A DNA stretch of 63,984 bases, the filler included, from Octopus bimaculoides (lineage: Eukaryota), in the NCBI RefSeq assembly GCF_001194135.2. It is 4 parts of 4 records of this genome, joined end to end, with 100 filler letters (N's around TTAATTAATTAA, not from the genome) between each part and the next. Parts side by side here need not be neighbours in the genome. Positions count along the whole stretch, not along the records: positions 30,462 to 50,901 come from NC_068993.1; positions 51,002 to 62,310 come from NC_068981.1; 2 more parts are not named here. One strand, given 5' to 3'. Of this stretch, positions 46,831-60,100 are shown in pieces. The notes beneath the pieces were generated by a model. It worked only from the letters and a program-made list of their open reading frames with translations, ran no database searches and had not been told where the DNA came from. Each line of letters opens with the position of its first letter. Within the stretch, counting starts at the first letter, position 1. Both the position numbers and the translations under genes were made by a program.

Positions 46831-48331
46831 GCAAGAATTAGTTAAAGGCATTGTAAGATAGTAACTAAATCAATTTGCAACGGTAGGTATCATCCCACAA
46901 CTTCAGCAGGTACCAGAGTGTCAAAAGTGTTTCACCCATTACGAGCAGTGACTACGGAATTAGCCATCACTTACAGAAGGGTTCAAACTGATCTTTTGCC
47001 AACCGGAACCACTTTGAACGCGCTTCAGTAGCCACAGCGCTCTCTCTCTCTCTCTCTCTCTCTTCTCTAAGTTTCCTCTATTGCTTGAATTTTAAAATTA
47101 ATCCTTGTAGGAGATTACGTGGCCCTTTCTGTTAATCCTCGGCAGTGACTATAATTGCGAATGAAGCTGCATGGCATGCTTTCACGTGAATCTCATCAAC
47201 CAAAGTCGAGCTTACTTTGTTTTTATTTTACCGCTTAGCCAAAGAGAGAGAAGTCAGAAAATTCCAGATGGTCATTCGATTGCTTTGCTTGGGGTTCATA
47301 ATCGAATATTGCCCTTGTCCCTAATAGCTCGGGGCAAGTTTTCTGCATCATGCCGGATGTTGTTGAAAATTCTTCGTCCAGCTTCTGTTGTGATTGTGGT
47401 TTACTGCAGTTTTTTTCTGCAGGACTCTTATTGAGCGGCTGCTAGCTCTCCAACCATCCTCTGAAGTTTTGAGAAGTGGTAATCTGCGCAACCTGCCGGA
47501 GACTGTGACAAAAAAAAGGGAGATTTGCAGTTTATTTTTTACGACACTCAGAATAACGAATAGCCTAGTGAGCTATACAATGGTACCACTAGAGGGACGA
47601 AGGATGTGATGGAGACCCAAGTAAACATGTACATCAAGGACGGAAAGCAACTTAGCTACACCTCGAAAGATGCAGGCGACTATGCTTAAAACTTGGACTA
47701 TTAGAGACACCTTACTACTCGATGTGAAGGCCAACAGTACAGGAGCAACTAAGGCTAAGACTAAAAGTAAGACTAAGAAAAGAAGGGAAGAACAATGGTC
47801 ATAATTATTTATTTCTTCAGGGTCCTCGAGAATAGATAGACGAAGGGAGGAAGTTATACTGAAGCTGAGGATCTAACTGAGAATGTTTGTAAGAGAACGA
47901 ACACTGGTAAAGGAACACAAGGATCGGCTGGTGCTTATAAATCAAGTGACGTATTTACACCTACGAGACTAGTATACTTGCTATTTGAAACAAGTATAGT
48001 TTTAAGAGATACAGAAGCGAAATGTAGGTTATATATAATATTGTAAAGTAGTTGAGAAATATATCAATAGTTTATACAGTGTATAAATGTAATGTAGTTT
48101 GCGTAGCTTTTGAGAGATTCACATATCTTCATAGTCTATATTAATATTAAATGTGTATCGCTTCAGAACGCAACCAATATTCCAATATTACCGATATAAA
48201 AGAATTCCGTGTGTTTCTGTCTTAAGAGATTTAACTCTCTCCCAACCCATCTTTTCACGTGACACCATATGGAGTTTGACTACGACTAATGGCGCAGTTG
48301 TTGTTGTTCATTTTCTTATTGTTTAACTCAC

Positions 48332-48485
48332 CATCAACCTCGGCGACATTACTGCAGTGTTGTTGTTCTTGTTTTCAACAGTAAATTTCTGCATCGACAC
48401 CTAGGGTGGTTTCGAACTAGTGGAATGCAGACTTGTTGACGCCAACCTGTTGCGAGAACGCTGACAGGGCAATCATCGAAGCAAG
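48332..48485 (-). other. Candidate spliced exon (154 nt), possibly containing a start codon
   Basis: Minus-strand acceptor catatattaatttacag|, donor GATG|gtgagt. An ATG at 48394 opens MQKFTVENKNNNTAVMSPRLM in frame to the donor (phase 0). Confidence 0.3.
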
Positions 48486-48645
48486 CTGTAAATTAATATA
48501 TGTATAACTGCCATCTGCTATGTCATTCTACAGGAAGATGCATCAGTGGTGATGAAAATAAATGCATTTATCTCGTGCAGAACGATGGAGGCACTGACGT
48601 GGATTTATAGATATGTACATATATGCATATACCTGTATATATGTG

Positions 48646-48694
<49 letters not shown>

Positions 48695-50138
48695 NNNNNN
48701 NNNNNNNNNNNNNNNNNNNNNNNNNNNNNNNNNNNNNNNNNNNNNNNNNNNNNNNNNNNNNNNNNNNNNNNNNNNNNNNNNNNNNNNNNNNNNNNNNNNN
48801 NNNNNNNNNNNNNNNNNNNNNNNNNNNNNNNNNNNNNNNNNNNNNNNNNNNNNNNNNNNNNNNNNNNNNNNNNNNNNNNNNNNNNNNNNNNNNNNNNNNN
48901 NNNNNNNNNNNNNNNNNNNNNNNNNNNNNNNNNNNNNNNNNNNNNNNNNNNNNNNNNNNNNNNNNNNNNNNNNNNNNNNNNNNNNNNNNNNNNNNNNNNN
49001 NNNNNNNNNNNNNNNNNNNNNNNNNNNNNNNNNNNNNNNNNNNNNNNNNNNNNNNNNNNNNNNNNNNNNNNNNNNNNNNNNNNNNNNNNNNNNNNNNNNN
49101 NNNNNNNNNNNNNNNNNNNNNNNNNNNNNNNNNNNNNNNNNNNNNNNNNNNNNNNNNNNNNNNNNNNNNNNNNNNNNNNNNNNNNNNNNNNNNNNNNNNN
49201 NNNNNNNNNNNNNNNNNNNNNNNNNNNNNNNNNNNNNNNNNNNNNNNNNNNNNNNNNNNNNNNNNNNNNNNNNNNNNNNNNNNNNNNNNNNNNNNNNNNN
49301 NNNNNNNNNNNNNNNNNNNNNNNNNNNNNNNNNNNNNNNNNNNNNNNNNNNNNNNNNNNNNNNNNNNNNNNNNNNNNNNNNNNNNNNNNNNNNNNNNNNN
49401 NNNNNNNNNNNNNNNNNNNNNNNNNNNNNNNNNNNNNNNNNNNNNNNNNNNNNNNNNNNNNNNNNNNNNNNNNNNNNNNNNNNNNNNNNNNNNNNNNNNN
49501 NNNNNNNNNNNNNNNNNNNNNNNNNNNNNNNNNNNNNNNNNNNNNNNNNNNNNNNNNNNNNNNTTTCTTTCCTTCTTTAATTCTTTTTTTCTTTTTCTTT
49601 TTTTCTTTCTTTCTTTCTTTCATTCATTTCATTTATTCCCTGTCTCGCCTTGTTGCTGGCTTTCCTTCCTTCGTTATTTTGCATTATTTTTCTGGTTCGT
49701 TGCCTGTGTTTCATTCTATTTCCTAATTTTTCTTTTTTGGGTTTCATTCTTTCGTCTTTCTCTACTCTTTCATTATTCTTTTGTTTCGCCTTTACTACTT
49801 TCTGTCTTTCTTTCCTTTCTTTTATATATCTTTAGATTCTCATTGTTTCTACCTTTTCTTGTTTCATTCTTTTTGTTTTGTTCGTTGTATATCTTTCATT
49901 TCACTTCCTTATATCCCGCTTTTAGTTTCATTCGTTCCGTCTTTCTTTTCCCTGCCATTCATTCTTCCGTTTTACCTTTGCTTCTTTCTGTCATTGTTTT
50001 TCATTCTTGATTTCTGTCTATCATTCATTTTGCTGTTTTCTTTCTAAAAGTCTTTCTTTTTTCCTTTCTTCCTTTCAGCCATTGTTCATTTCTTTCTTTC
50101 TTTCCTTCTTTCTTTCTGTCTTTCTTTTTTTCTTTCTG

Positions 50139-50174
<36 letters not shown>

Positions 50175-50854
50175 TCATTCTTTCTTCCTTCACTCATTAC
50201 TTCCTTACTTCCTTTCCCTTCATCTTTCATATTCACTCTGTCGTCATCATCGTTAGTTGTTTCTTTCCCACTTTCTTTCCTAGTTTCTTTCTTCCATTCT
50301 TTCTTTATTCATTTATTTCTATCTTTCTTTCTCTGTTTTTAACATTACCGTTTCTAAATGTGGATCTTTAAGAATTTGGCATTTTCAGTGCGCACGTTCA
50401 GTAAAATTACGCACACCGGTATGAACGTATATTGAATGCATTTTCTACTATGGTACATGAGAATGTACCTAGCTGTGCATATCTGCTCATATGTATCAAT
50501 ATGTGTATGTGATTATCTGTCTCTGTGAGTGTATTTGTAAGGATTTGTGTGTTGGTGTTTGTACATAAATAAGAGACATATATGCACTGTCACACTACAA
50601 ATGCAGAACCATTTAAGGACAAGCTTTACTTCACTGAAAGTGCTCAATACTTAATAGAAAATTAATGTAATGGAGTAGAGATATAATAACAACGTCTATG
50701 ACAATAAAACATGGGAATGGAGTGATCTCAGCTATAATATCATATATATATATGCATGAATATATATGTACACACACACACACACACAAATATATGTATA
50801 TATACACAAATGAATATATATATGTAAATACACACACGTGTGTTATATATATAC

Positions 50855-50901
<47 letters not shown>

Positions 50902-51001
50902 NNNNNNNNNNNNNNNNNNNNNNNNNNNNNNNNNNNNNNNNNNNNTTAATTAATTAANNNNNNNNNNNNNNNNNNNNNNNNNNNNNNNNNNNNNNNNNNN
51001 N
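50902..51001. other. Artificial scaffold linker N44-TTAATTAATTAA-N44
   Basis: Same 100-nt structure as 30362-30461. Confidence 0.95.
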
Positions 51002-52262
51002 ATAAACACACACATACACACCTCTCACATACATAAAACCACACACACACACACACATACACAACACACACATACACATATACACACATGCACACATACA
51101 CATATACACACATGCACACACGCACACACACCTCTCACATAGACAATACTCACTCACATACATAACACACACGCACGCACGAAAACATACACAATATACA
51201 CATACACGCACGCACAAAAAATATACACACACGCGCGCACGGAAACACACATACAGACACACATACAGACACACATAAACACACACATACCCGTATCTAA
51301 CACTCACAATCCCACACACACACGCACATCCACACACATACACCCACGCACACACCCACATACACACATACACTTCTCACCAACACTACACACTCACACA
51401 GACACGCATACAATCACACACACATGGGCATAAACAACACACGCACATTCAATAGCAAACGCACGCACACACACGTACACAGCAACGCACATATACACAA
51501 CATACACATACACACAAACACACACGCACGCACAANNNNNNNNNNNNNNNNNNNNNNNNNNNNNNNNNNNNNNNNNNNNNNNNNNNNNNNNNNNNNNNNN
51601 NNNNNNNNNNNNNNNNNNNNNNNNNNNNNNNNNNNNNNNNNNNNNNNNNNNNNNNNNNNNNNNNNNNNNNNNNNNNNNNNNNNNNNNNNNNNNNNNNNNN
51701 NNNNNNNNNNNNNNNNNNNNNNNNNNNNNNNNNNNNNNNNNNNNNNNNNNNNNNNNNNNNNNNNNNNNNNNNNNNNNNNNNNNNNNNNNNNNNNNNNNNN
51801 NNNNNNNNNNNNNNNNNNNNNNNNNNNNNNNNNNNNNNNNNNNNNNNNNNNNNNNNNNNNNNNNNNNNNNNNNNNNNNNNNNNNNNNNNNNNNNNNNNNN
51901 NNNNNNNNNNNNNNNNNNNNNNNNNNNNNNNNNNNNNNNNNNNNNNNNNNNNNNNNNNNNNNNNNNNNNNNNNNNNNNNNNNNNNNNNNNNNNNNNNNNN
52001 NNNNNNNNNNNNNNNNNNNNNNNNNNNNNNNNNNNNNNNNNNNNNNNNNNNNNNNNNNNNNNNNNNNNNNNNNNNNNNNNNNNNNNNNNNACAATGTAAC
52101 CTCGTGGGCTTCGGTACCATTTTCTTCTTTCTCCGTTCTTCCATTCTCCGAACTTTCCATCTTTCCGAAACGTTATACACTCTCTCTTTCCTTTCCTAAG
52201 CGTCCAATGACACTATCCGTATCACGTCCTCACTTTGTTGTTTTTTCGTTATTGTTTTTTTG

Positions 52263-52302
<40 letters not shown>

Positions 52303-52319
52303 CATGTAAATAGAACAGG

Positions 52320-52447
52320 CTTCTTTCCGTTACCTTCGCCCAAATCTATACCAAATCCGTTCTTTGGTTGACCCGTGGCTAGAATAGGTGTGGGACTGAA
52401 GCCGGGACCATGTAATTGGGAACCAAACTTCTTACTATGCAAACACA
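52320..52447 (-). mobile_element. SINE family B fragment, degenerate
   Basis: cttctttccgttacc...ctttggttgacccgtggctagaata...gggactgaagccgggaccatg. Confidence 0.6.
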
Positions 52448-53081
52448 TGCGTAAGCATTTATTAAAACATTTCATTAAGCGTTCGATTGTAGTATTCCTA
52501 CTATGAACAGTAACATGATTCTTAAAAGTATCTGAGTATCAACTATTACAGCAAGATAATACTATAGATAAACATTATCTTAATTCATATATTAAAGAAG
52601 TATTACTTTTGTTGCTTCTTTTTGCTTATCACAAGAACAATTCCAGTTGATAAGACCTAAACAACATAGGTAATAATGCATACGACTTGTAGCAAATTTG
52701 AGAAGAGTTATCAGGTTTACCTTTTCTGTGTCGTAATCTAAAGTGGTGTTTCATGTTATTTTTCGTACATAAAACCTACCCAACATTGCAATAGACAAAT
52801 AGTTGCTTTTGTTTTTAAACAAGTCAGTGTGATGTGAAATAGATTTATCTACTATACTTAGATCAACTGATGGCATATAGACCATAAGTTTGACAAATTT
52901 TCTATTAACAAGTTAAATATATAAACAAAAACTATGACGTTGCTGCCCTCAAACTTTTTGTTCCGAGGACCAGTTTCATGAGAGACAGACTAGTTTGATC
53001 GCGCGCATAAGAAAGAACTATACATGGTATGATGTAATTATTATACATATAATACTTATATATTACACACACACACACACG

Positions 53082-53149
<68 letters not shown>

Positions 53150-54460
53150 TATAACATGTATATAACATGCACGATGCATATATGAGGCAAAAATACTCTA
53201 CGGGCTTCCATAGTCGGTGAAATATAAACAAAATTAAGAAAATTAATCTTTCTATGCGGTCCGATGGTGGAAGACGATGGTGGTACACAATACAGAAAAA
53301 AGCAAGTGTTTCTTCATCTACACTTCTTATATTGCCATACTTAGTAAGCTGATTCAATCATTACTTATTGAATGATAGAATGACAAACGTCGTCGTCGTT
53401 ATGAAGATATGTCTTAGTACGTACAGTTGCTTGCTGAAATTCCTTTTTCAAAGAAGAAACTTCACCCTATTATATTTTGTACTTCATGTTGCGGTCATAG
53501 ATTAAAAAAAAAAAGTATCAGTGATATAACGCATGAATAAAGTCGACTGCATGACCTTTAGATTCTCAAAGATAATCAATAGTTTGATATAGATAAAAAT
53601 AATAACACAACCACGTTCACAGACACGCGTGCCCACACACAAACAATTACACTTACAGCCACACACAAACGCATATACACACACATATGAGCTACGAGGC
53701 GGTGATTTGTTTTCGTTAGATGCTTGTGTGCATATGCTTGTTTGTATATATATNNNNNNNNNNNNNNNNNNNNNNNNNNNNNNNNNNNNNNNNNNNNNNN
53801 NNNNNNNNNNNNNNNNNNNNNNNNNNNNNNNNNNNNNNNNNNNNNNNNNNNNNNNNNNNNNNNNNNNNNNNNNNNNNNNNNNNNNNNNNNNNNNNNNNNN
53901 NNNNNNNNNNNNNNNNNNNNNNNNNNNNNNNNNNNNNNNNNNNNNNNNNNNNNNNNNNNNNNNNNNNNNNNNNNNNNNNNNNNNNNNNNNNNNNNNNNNN
54001 NNNNNNNNNNNNNNNNNNNNNNNNNNNNNNNNNNNNNNNNNNNNNNNNNNNNNNNNNNNNNNNNNNNNNNNNNNNNNNNNNNNNNNNNNNNNNNNNNNNN
54101 NNNNNNNNNNNNNNNNNNNNNNNNNNNNNNNNNNNNNNNNNNNNNNNNNNNNNNNNNNNNNNNNNNNNNNNNNNNNNNNNNNNNNNNNNNNNNNNNNNNN
54201 NNNNNNNNNNNNNNNNNNNNNNNNNNNNNNNNNNNNNNNNNNNNNNNNNNNNNNNNNNNNNNNNNNNNNNNNNNNNNNNNNNNNNNNNNNNNNNNNNNNN
54301 NNNNNNNNNNNNNNNNNNNNNNNNNNNNNNNNNNNNNNNNNNNNNNNNNNNNNNNNNNNNNNNNNNNNNNNNNNNNNNNNNNNNNNNNNNNNNNNNNNNN
54401 NNNNNNNNNNNNNNNNNNNNNNNNNNNNNNNNNNNNNNNNNNNNNNNNNNNNNNNNNNNN

Positions 54461-54513
<53 letters not shown>

Positions 54514-54629
54514 TACGTTTGATATACTGATATATATACGCATAGGTACGTACATATATGCATACATATACATATATACATATATATACGTATATATGTG
54601 TGTGTGTTTATGTATATATATATATATAA

Positions 54630-54880
54630 ACATAAAGCTCCACGATGCTCCGGCAGCTGGTGGTGGCGAACCCTGGTGTACTCTGTCACCAAAACCTCTC
54701 TTACTCTTTCTTCCTGTTTCTATTGTACCTCCGTGTCACGCCGAATCTCCCCGAGAACTGTGTTAAGGGTACACGTGTCTGTGAAATGCTCACCCATTTG
54801 CACGTTAATTTCACGAGGAGGTTCCTCCGTTGATCGGATCAGCTGGTATCCTCGTCGTCGTAACCGACGGAGTGCCATGT
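54630..54880 (+). mobile_element. SINE family D, 3' part
   Basis: gttaagggtacacgtgtctgtg...ttgcacgttaatttcacgag...ccgttgatcggatcagctgg...cgtcgtcgtaaccgacggagtgcca is the reverse complement of 45726-45900. Confidence 0.75.
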
Positions 54881-55087
54881 TAATACATATACATACAACC
54901 ATTCATGCATAGTTAATCAAAAGAAATAACAAAATATGTGATAGAAATAATATAGACCTGTACTGGTAAACGAACTTTTCATTATAATAGTTCAAGAAAG
55001 GNNNNNNNNNNTCCCTTTTTCTTCATTTGTTTATTTGCTTCCTTCTCTCTCGTTTTGTGTGTATGTACGTATGTCATTATTCAGTGA

Positions 55088-55430
55088 ATGCGCATGGCTC
55101 AGTGGTTAGAGCGTCGAGCTTACGATCGTGAGGTTGTGAGTTCGAATCCCGGACTGGGCTGCGTGTCACGTTCTTGAGCAAGACACTTTATTCCACGTTG
55201 CTCCAGTTCACTCAGCTGTAGAAACGAGTTGCGACGTCACAGGTGCCAAGCTGTATCGGCCCCTTTGCCTTTCACTTGGATAACACTAGTGGCGTGGAGA
55301 GGGGCGGTTGGTATGCATGGGTGACTGGTGGTCTTCCATAAAACAACCTTGCTCAGACTTGTGCCTCGGAGGGTAACTTTCTAGGCGCAACCCCATGGGC
55401 AGTCATAACCGAAGGGGGTCTCAGCATGTC
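55088..55430 (+). mobile_element. SINE family E, full length, with a well-preserved tRNA-like head
   Basis: A-box TGGCTCAGTGG and B-box AGTTCGAATCC, then CORE-like gttcttgagcaagacactttattccacgttgctccagttcactcagctgtagaaa and a unique tail. Confidence 0.85.
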
Positions 55431-56105
55431 AATAGCGAAAGAACCGGTTTCTCACCTAGATTCAAGGCTCCTCCATTGGAATTTCAACATCACCAACAGA
55501 ATATTTTTGCTTGTATGTATGTATGTGAAGATTTGTATGTTTTATGCACGTATTCTCATGCATATGGTTGCATATCTAGACATGTTCATATATATTTAAA
55601 TGATAAACTTCTGGAAAGTTTTACAAATTTTTACAGTGCCAGTAATGGAAAGAATCTGTAGACTTCGAATTAGCTTTCTCTTTTCTGGTTTAGAGAAACC
55701 TAATTTCACAAGATTGGTAATTAGGCAGTGTGTTACATACCTCAAGGTCCCAATAATTAGAGGTATAAATCTGAACTTGTATGTATGTATGTATGAATGT
55801 GTGTATGCATGTATGTATGTATGTATGTATGTATGTATGTATGTATGTATCTATCTGTACATTTACATCTAATACATATATATATTTATTCTTTTATTTT
55901 TCTTTTATTTGTTTCANNNNNNNNNNNNNNNNNNNNNNNNNNNNNNNNNNNNNNNNNNNNNNNNNNNNNNNNNNNNNNNNNNNNNNNNNNNNNNNNNNNN
56001 NNNNNNNNNNNNNNNNNNNNNNNNNNNNNNNNNNNNNNNNNNNNNNNNNNNNNNNNNNNNNNNNNNNNNNNNNNNNNNNNNNNNNNNNNNNNNNNNNNNN
56101 NNNNN

Positions 56106-56162
<57 letters not shown>

Positions 56163-56178
56163 TATACCTAAATGCGTA

Positions 56179-56231
<53 letters not shown>

Positions 56232-56347
56232 GTATCTCTCTCTCTCTCTCTCCCCCCTCTCTCTCTCTGTATATATATATATATATAGATGTGTAGAGTG
56301 AGTGAATGAAAGATAGATAGATAGAGATAGATAGATAGGGAGAGAGA

Positions 56348-56397
<50 letters not shown>

Positions 56398-57064
56398 TCT
56401 GATGGAAAAATGTGGATTCAGTACCTCATAGTAGCAAATAATTTTATTTTGATCAAGCCACTGTCTCAGTAATCTGAATTTTCGCATGAGAGTTCAGAAG
56501 ACTCTGTGTTAACTAGCCTTATGACCATGTGAAGATGCGTTGGTGAACAAACAGAAGAATTTCCAGAGGAACAAGGGGCATACACGTTCAGCGCGCACGC
56601 ACACATACACACACACACACACACATACACACGCGTCCGCGCGCACACAGACACACACGCACACATACACACAATTACATCTACATATTTGGTCAAATGC
56701 TACGCGGCATAATTAGCAAGGAGTAAATCATACTGAAGTATATTTAATGCATGTGGAATGTTCTTAAGCCTATTCTGTTATTGCTAAATAATACTATTAA
56801 AGTTTTGAAAATTTAAGCACGTTACACGTCACCATTGTAGCCACACATTTCAATACTTTATAAGCTCTCTGCTTCAGGTGAAAATGTGGTAGTGTCATGA
56901 CTTAGTAATACAGCGTATTGAAATGTTGCAGGCGTAAAATGTTTTTGCACGATATGACTATTCTACGTGACATGATTGCGCAACAGTTTCATGCGCTAAC
57001 ACACACACAGACACACAGACACACACAGACACACAGAGACACAGACAGACAGACAGACAGACAG

Positions 57065-57098
<34 letters not shown>

Positions 57099-57109
57099 TT
57101 ATATACACG

Positions 57110-57154
<45 letters not shown>

Positions 57155-57186
57155 ATATATACATATATACATACATACATGCATAC

Positions 57187-57236
<50 letters not shown>

Positions 57237-57239
57237 TAT

Positions 57240-57388
57240 ACGATGGGCTTCTTTCAGTTTCCGTCTACAAAAACCACTCACAAGTGTTTAGTCGATCCGA
57301 GGACACTTGCCCAAGATGCCATGCAGTGGAACAGAACCCAGAACTATGTGGTTGGAAGGCAAGTTTCTTACGACATAACCAAGCCTGT
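57240..57388 (-). mobile_element. SINE family B, 5' half
   Basis: cgatgggcttctttcagtttccgtctac...gacacttgcccaagatgccatgcagtggaacagaacccagaac. Confidence 0.75.
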
Positions 57389-57406
57389 GTCTATATGTAC
57401 ATGTGT

Positions 57407-57446
<40 letters not shown>

Positions 57447-57659
57447 GTGCGTGCGTGCGTGTGTGCGTGTGTGTGTGTGTGTATAAGTCAGATATATATA
57501 ACTGCTATATATATCTGCTGTCCTTTGACTATCGATTTCATGCAGTTTTGAAGATAATGTTCCTTTTCCTTCGATTCAAGTAAAGCTATATATGTAATCG
57601 GTTGATTTTTCGATCAATCCTTTTTATATCTTTTATAATTGTCATTTTGTTACGAAGGA

Positions 57660-58140
57660 GCCTGTATTTAGTTTTGCTCATGGCCCCCAATGGAGTGTGA
57701 TGTATCCGCAAATGACTGTCAGGAGGTATTGATGCTGCTTGGGGTGAGAGAAAAACTAAGGAAGGAATTTCAACTATGTTTCGTGGTCTGCTACCACAAC
57801 AGCTCCTTTATAGGATCCAGTTAGCTCAAGACATCATCAGGAGGAACCACGTCCGGTTTCGGCCCCTACTCCTCTACCGTTTTGACGTGGCGGGGCCCTT
57901 CCTTTCGGAGGTGTCTTCAGCTCTGGTGTTGGGTGCATGTCTTCTTTCACTGTTTGTGACTGTTCTAATTCAACTGTGGAATGTCCCTCGCTATGGTTAT
58001 TTTCCAGGAGGTTCTGGCCACACGTCTTACGGTTCATCAACCCGCGTTGTTGAATGATCGTGGGTGATGGCTTTCCATTTGGCATTGTGTAGATCCATGG
58101 ATTCAAATGGGTCTGCTGCAGCGAAATCGTTCATCCTCAC
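57660..58140 (-). mobile_element. Possible Gypsy-type LTR retrotransposon 3' remnant
   Basis: GC-richer block. Frameshifted minus-strand peptides HPRSF...TVRR, a Pro/Thr-rich tail and VVPPDDVLS* are followed by purine-rich TAAAGGAG and TGTTGTGG at 57801 (PPT plus LTR-start-like). This is pattern resemblance only. Confidence 0.3.
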
Positions 58141-59015
58141 TTAAGTATTACGGCAGTAACTGTATTCAGCTGAATAGACGTCAGTGATTGGTGGAAATTA
58201 CACAAATACGACAACTTTAACATGAAATAACTTATTAAGAACTAATTTTTGTTAAGAAGGCTAAGAGAAAAAGATGTTTTATATGACACATTCTACCAGT
58301 ATCCCAAGTTTGAAAGTGTTTTGTTAAGAAAACAAGTGTTGCCCATCAAACCAAAACGATCCAAGATTTTGTTATTAGTGTTATTATAGCAGGGGTGCTA
58401 TGGCTGGAGTTGCTTTATTTATTGAGCGTCTTGTCCCTGGTAGAAGTGTATAATTTCAGTCTTGGGATATGTATAATCTCGTGGGTAAAAAATGGTGGCA
58501 TATTTTTGGATTTCGTTGTAGACGTTTGGATGTTTTAAGGGGTAGTGGATAGTATATAGTTTTAGGGTTAGGTTTGTTTTTGACTTGGATGAGATTGACG
58601 CAGTGGAGGTTGGCGGAGGAGGGAAAGGTAGTGTGGTTGAGTTATATCAAATCCTGCTTTTATAAAAAAACAATTAAATAAAAAGAAACAAGAAAGAAGA
58701 GAGAGATAGGAAAGGAAAAGAAAGAAAAGGAAAAAGTGTGTTTGAGGAAAAGTTAGAAGAAGATGGAGGGAGAGGGGCGACAAACCATGCATCCCAAAAC
58801 AGATGGTGTGCTAGTTGGAGTTGAAAATTGGCGGGTGTAGTAGTATTAATAGTGATAGTGATAGTGGAGTTTAGTAGTGTTGATGTTGAGGTAGTAATGG
58901 TGGGGGAAGGAAAGAAAAAGGAATGGTTGGCATTGGACAAAGGCTGAGGGAGAGGGGAGTGGCTTAGGTAATACACTCACAAAAAATAATTGTAGAAGCA
59001 GCAGCAGCAGCAGCG

Positions 59016-59067
<52 letters not shown>

Positions 59068-59525
59068 CGGTACCAATGACAGTAGAAAATGGTACCAATA
59101 ACGACGATGTCGATGATGATGGTGGTGAGTCTTTTGTGATATGGTGAGTTAGAGGACTTTGATGCTGCGGTCGTCATGGTGGCTGCCGTTTCTGTGGTGG
59201 TAGTTGTAATTGTTGATGTTGTTTTTGTTGCTAATGTGGCTGTTGTGTTTGTTGCTGCTGCTCATCGCAGGCAGTGGTTAATAGAAATATTTGAACGTGT
59301 TAAATTATGTGGTTAATTATGGTATGATATGAAATATCAATTTACATCAGTCTGTTTCGAATTTATCTCTCTTGACAGTTTCTAAAAATGTGAACAACTC
59401 TTTTGGCAATGATATCTATGCATGAGCCTGGAATGCTTTCATTTTGTGAAAGAATGAACCATGCGTTAATGAGAATGTTGATTTCCCTGCCAGACCTATT
59501 GCGATGATAATAATAATAAAAATAA

Positions 59526-59587
<62 letters not shown>

Positions 59588-59810
59588 TAATAATGAAATT
59601 ATAGTGTAGTGCTCAGGTGCACTGCAATAGTAGACGTATTCGGGTTATCTGTATAGATATTCCTTAGAAATTATAGCTAGCACTGATATTGTAACTTCAT
59701 AGCATATTATGGTTGTATAACGAAATACCATATGCCTACAAGTCATTAATGGCAACCAATTACTCCATTCCGTTAATAGAGAATCCGCATAAGCGGATTC
59801 TAGACCGGCT

Positions 59811-59856
<46 letters not shown>

Positions 59857-60061
59857 NNNNNNNNNNNNNNNNNNNNNNNNNNNNNNNNNNNNNNNNNNNN
59901 NNNNNNNNNNNNNNNNNNNNNNNNNNNNNNNNNNNNNNNNNNNNNNNNNNNNNNNNNNNNNNNNNNNNNNNNNNNNNNNNNNNNNNNNNNNNNNNNNATC
60001 TGAAAATGTATGTGACACACACACACACATACACTCGCGCGCGCACACACACACACACACT

Positions 60062-60092
<31 letters not shown>

Positions 60093-60100
60093 ACACACAC

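Noticed and set aside
47259-47316. SH3-like motif RAIFDYEPQAKQSNDHLEF on the minus strand
   Set aside because: The frame is closed by stops on both sides and the rest of the SH3 fold (GD.I, W, G..P..Y) is absent; no suitable donor follows.
55088-55162. tRNA gene look-alike
   Set aside because: A and B boxes are present, but acceptor and anticodon stems do not pair properly, and it continues into a CORE-like SINE body with a homologue at 9515.
57704-57745. Micro-exon GGIDAAW resembling a hemopexin IDAA motif
   Set aside because: Only 7 codons, poor polypyrimidine tract, no neighbouring hemopexin exons, and it lies in the probable LTR remnant.
58561-58572. Telomeric TTAGGG-like sequence (also taaccctaacc near 5458)
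   Set aside because: Fewer than two full units, which is expected by chance.
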